Shown here one piece after another: positions 35,732 through 38,862 of a stretch of DNA of 38,862 bases. Source of the DNA: Candidatus Heimdallarchaeota archaeon (GTDB lineage Archaea; Asgardarchaeota; Heimdallarchaeia; Heimdallarchaeales; Heimdallarchaeaceae); the NCBI GenBank assembly GCA_030668825.1, contig DAOVET010000020.1:1-38862 (forward strand), given 5' to 3'. A program made the position numbers and the translations under genes. The stretch's first letter is position 1. Each line of letters begins with the position of its first letter. The notes under the pieces are model-generated. The model saw nothing but the letters and a program-made list of their open reading frames with translations, made no database searches and had not been told where the DNA came from.

Positions 35732-36799
35732 TTGCTAGAAAGAAACAAAAAGGAACGAGAATTCAAAAAAGAATCTAAGCAGTGTGATGGTTTGTCATTA
35801 AAAGGGTACATAATTAGAAGAGTGATATATATTATACCGGTTATGATTGGAATTACTTTGATGAATTTCACTCTAATAAACGTCAGCCCAGGAGATCCAG
35901 TTATAGTTAGACTGGGATTGATTCAATGTAATAATCCAGAGTGTTATAATAATGCATACAATCGAGAAGCAATAGAAATGGGATTGATGAACAGCGATTT
36001 GTACACAATTCCGTGGTTCACAAGATACGTGGATTATATTAGTGATTTAATGCGTTTAGACTTTGGAAGGTCTTGGTATAATACACAAGCAGGGCAGGGG
36101 ATACCTATATCGAAAATAATAGCGGACCACGCAGGATATACAGTGATATTAAACGTTATTTCGTTTATATTATCATTATTATTATCTACAGCAATAGGGG
36201 TAGTTTCAGCAACAAGAAGAAACAGTTTCTGGGATAGATCATTAACTGTAGCGATGTTATTGGGGTACTCGATGCCTCTGTTCTGGCTAGCTAAACTCTT
36301 GATGCTATTATCGTTTCAATTATTCAATTTTACAGGAGTAACAAATAAGGACGCGTTTGTGAAACCAATTTTGCTTAACCCAAAATTCTACAAATATCTG
36401 ATATTACCAACACTAGCATTGACTTTGGGGCATCTGGTTTTTATGGCAAGATTGATTAGATCACAATTGCTGGAAATATTAAGGCAAGATTACATAACAA
36501 CAGCAAGAGCGAAAGGAGTTAAAGACAGAGGAGTAATTTACAAACACGCATTCAGAAATGGATTGCTACCAATAGTAACAATAGTAGGAAATTCATTACC
36601 AGGACTTCTAGCTGGGTCTGTGATGATAGAAAGTGTGTTTGGGTGGCCAGGTTTAGGCACCTATTTCCTTGAAGGAGCGCTTTTCAGAGATTATCCGATG
36701 ATGATGGCTACGAATACGATTTTTCCATTTTTATTTTTAGTGGCTCGTTTAATTACGGATATCACGTACGTTTTCATCGACCCAAGGATTAAATACTAA
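35732..36799 (+). CDS. Peptide/nickel ABC transporter permease (OppB/DppB type); likely start TTG 35792
   Basis: 'YIIRR...PGDP', 'LDFGRS', 'QDYITTARAKG', 'KHAFRN', 'IESVFGWPGLG', 'RDYP', 'DPRIKY'. Confidence 0.93.
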   Translation: MLERNKKEREFKKESKQCDGLSLKGYIIRRVIYIIPVMIGITLMNFTLINVSPGDPVIVRLGLIQCNNPECYNNAYNREAIEMGLMNSDLYTIPWFTRYVDYISDLMRLDFGRSWYNTQAGQGIPISKIIADHAGYTVILNVISFILSLLLSTAIGVVSATRRNSFWDRSLTVAMLLGYSMPLFWLAKLLMLLSFQLFNFTGVTNKDAFVKPILLNPKFYKYLILPTLALTLGHLVFMARLIRSQLLEILRQDYITTARAKGVKDRGVIYKHAFRNGLLPIVTIVGNSLPGLLAGSVMIESVFGWPGLGTYFLEGALFRDYPMMMATNTIFPFLFLVARLITDITYVFIDPRIKY

Positions 36800-36859
36800 T
36801 CCTCTTTTCTTCAATTTTTAGTATCACAAAATTAAAAATATAGTTCATGCTACGCTTTA

Positions 36860-38575
36860 TTGTACATGAAAAAATTCCTTAACAATATCCTCACAGCTTT
36901 CCTTACTCCTTTTCTTTGGGTACTTGGTCTTCTTCTCTATTTTATTGTAGTTCTTGTTAAGATCATGTATTTTATTTACGAGCTTCTCATTCCTCGAGGT
37001 CTTCGAGAATTAGTCCCTATACTCAACCTCTGGAGGAAGTATTTAATTTATATTTCTAACCTCTTCTCTAATCCTGAAAAAATGGAATTAGTTAAATTGG
37101 AGGAAGATATTGATGAAGTTGTTATGAAAGAAGATAGGATTAACAAAGCTTATCCTATTCAAAGGGGTGTGGGAGAAACTTATGATCATCTCTTAATTAT
37201 TGTTTTAATTGTTGCAGCTTCCGTTGTTTTGATTGGTAGCCAAACCATCAGTTTTGATGCCCTTATTGATGGGATTATCAGTAGAAGTGAATGGTTGGAC
37301 TCACTTGGTGATAAAGCTCTTTGGGTAGTTATCACTTTGATTGGAGTTGTTTGCTCAACTGTTATGGGTATGCTTTCTTTTGTTGCTACAATCTTTGGTC
37401 CTATCTATGCTATTTTTCATCGTTCCAGTTTAAGATTAGTTCAAATGGGTGCATATAGTTGGGGTTCTTTCTATCAACGACTTGAAAATCTATTTTCCCT
37501 GCCTTATCTTGCTTCTAAAGCTAGTTTTTCCTTTTTTGAAGCTCCTCCTGTTGATGCTTCTACTTATGAGGAATTCAAACTTGATCTTGTAGGTGATTTA
37601 ACAACTTTACGAAAAAGATTTACAAACATTGTTAGTGTTTCTTCTTTTTCTTTACATGAAAAGACCAAGAAACTTTATGAGGAATTTCTCTCTTCAGAAA
37701 CTGAAGACAGACTTGATATGAATAAAATTGAGGATTCCATCTCTCGAATCTTCTCATTACTTCTTTGGCAGAAAGAAACCAATGTGCTTCCTTGGACAAA
37801 AGAACCTGGTTTAGCTAGTTTTGCTGAGAATAATTCCATGAAGTACCGAGAAGCTAAGCAAACTTTCAGTTTCGTGAGAAAGAAATTAGATGAGCAATTT
37901 GTTTCAAAAGAGTTTTTCAGTTCTATTCTTCTTATCGGTTCATTGAAAGGAATAATGAAAGTTGAAGAAAAATATAATCTCCCCTTTAGTGATTTAGAAT
38001 ATAATCAATTAGCATTTTCTATAGCTTTAGGCGGACAAAGATATTTTCTAGACCATCTTTCTAAGGAGAAATTGTTCAAACGAGCTCTAAAGAAGTCCAG
38101 AAATATGGTGGTTGGTTTCTTCATGCCATTTGTTGAATTCTTCCTGATATTCTACCATTATGGAAAACACATTGGAAATCAATTCAAGATGATGTTCTCT
38201 AAAAACTGGTCAAAGAGATCAGCTGTATATCTTGGATCTAAATTTATCGAAATCCAAAAAGGATTAAACTCATTACTACTAGCTGATGAACCTCATGAGG
38301 AATTAGACAAAGCAACAAAAGCAGAAGCTAAAGAATCCCTTGGAATGCTTTGGAAGGTATTATTATTTATCTTCAAGGTAATATTAGCCTTACCACTAAG
38401 TCTCTACTATTTTGCTAAACTGTTCTATCAGCTCGTTTCCAATATCTGGAGAAAGAGAAAACCTGAGGAGAGAATAAAACGTAAATTCGCTAAAGAGATA
38501 GCTAAAGAAACAATTATTGCAATGTATGAAGAAATTCATGAAAAGCTGGTAATGGAGACCTTTCTCTATTCGTAG
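36860..38575 (+). CDS. Uncharacterised membrane protein, paralog C; likely start ATG 36866
   Basis: 571 aa; same ordered motif set as the tandem pair at 17193-20991. Confidence 0.85.
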   Translation: MYMKKFLNNILTAFLTPFLWVLGLLLYFIVVLVKIMYFIYELLIPRGLRELVPILNLWRKYLIYISNLFSNPEKMELVKLEEDIDEVVMKEDRINKAYPIQRGVGETYDHLLIIVLIVAASVVLIGSQTISFDALIDGIISRSEWLDSLGDKALWVVITLIGVVCSTVMGMLSFVATIFGPIYAIFHRSSLRLVQMGAYSWGSFYQRLENLFSLPYLASKASFSFFEAPPVDASTYEEFKLDLVGDLTTLRKRFTNIVSVSSFSLHEKTKKLYEEFLSSETEDRLDMNKIEDSISRIFSLLLWQKETNVLPWTKEPGLASFAENNSMKYREAKQTFSFVRKKLDEQFVSKEFFSSILLIGSLKGIMKVEEKYNLPFSDLEYNQLAFSIALGGQRYFLDHLSKEKLFKRALKKSRNMVVGFFMPFVEFFLIFYHYGKHIGNQFKMMFSKNWSKRSAVYLGSKFIEIQKGLNSLLLADEPHEELDKATKAEAKESLGMLWKVLLFIFKVILALPLSLYYFAKLFYQLVSNIWRKRKPEERIKRKFAKEIAKETIIAMYEEIHEKLVMETFLYS

Positions 38576-38628
38576 AAAACAAAAACTTAATGTAAATCTA
38601 CTTTTTATTTGAAGCTAGGGTAGAAGAA

Positions 38629-38862
38629 ATGGACAACAAAAGGTCTAAACTTCATGAATTGGGATTCCAAGTAGGAATTTTAGAGAGAGGGGAGAGAAAT
38701 TCTATAGCAGATGTACCTGATGTTACAGTTGGGCATAGTACAATAATTGCTGGAGAAGGTGAATTAAAACCAGGTTTTGGACCCATTAGAACAGGTGTAA
38801 CAATAGTAAAACCTCACTCGGGAAATATCTATCGCGATAAGGTTAGAGCGAGTTCATATGTC
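38629..38862 (+). CDS. DmpA / P1 (S58) family aminopeptidase, truncated by the window end (not in the ORF track)
   Basis: Manual translation MDNKRSKLHELGFQVGILERGERNSIADVPDVTVGHSTIIAGEG...GPIRTGVTIVKPHSGNIY; 'NSIxDVxxVxVGH' and 'RTGVT' are DmpA hallmarks. Confidence 0.9.
   Translation, partial: MDNKRSKLHELGFQVGILERGERNSIADVPDVTVGHSTIIAGEGELKPGFGPIRTGVTIVKPHSGNIYRDKVRASSYV

Noticed and set aside
1-38862. tRNA, rRNA, CRISPR arrays, integrase or prophage genes
   Set aside because: None seen by eye; intergenic gaps are short and AT-rich. A tRNAscan/Infernal run would be needed to exclude small RNAs formally.

Overview
AT-rich, gene-dense archaeal chromosomal segment. The gene style (beta-helix surface protein, hydrophobic plus basic C-terminal anchors, ThiR, bacterial-type RNase III, TATA boxes, AGGTGA ribosome-binding sites) suggests an Asgard archaeon of the Heimdallarchaeia type; this is inference only. 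Recognisable content: feoA-feoB-Cys-rich iron uptake operon with a palindromic operator; pncA; sua5/tsaC; an SDR; a thiR-thiBPQ thiamine uptake cluster ending in a translationally coupled choline/thiamine-kinase-like gene; an EamA transporter; a solitary N6-adenine DNA methyltransferase; an archaemetzincin lacking its catalytic residues; RNase III; an M19 dipeptidase; a three-gene wHTH operon with a TGGTCA-N4-TGACCA operator; an MFS transporter; a PhoU/TrkA-C tandem protein; an alpha/beta hydrolase; a solo TnpB with a rearranged RuvC-II site; a DUF134-NifX-NifX-ATPase-ATPase (orange-protein-like) operon; a lone oppB; and a partial DmpA peptidase. The main unexplained signal is a family of three paralogous 571-669 aa membrane proteins (two in tandem, one about 16 kb away) with conserved motifs I cannot assign to any known family. 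No rRNA, tRNA or CRISPR array was seen. All calls come from reading motifs by eye; no searches were run.
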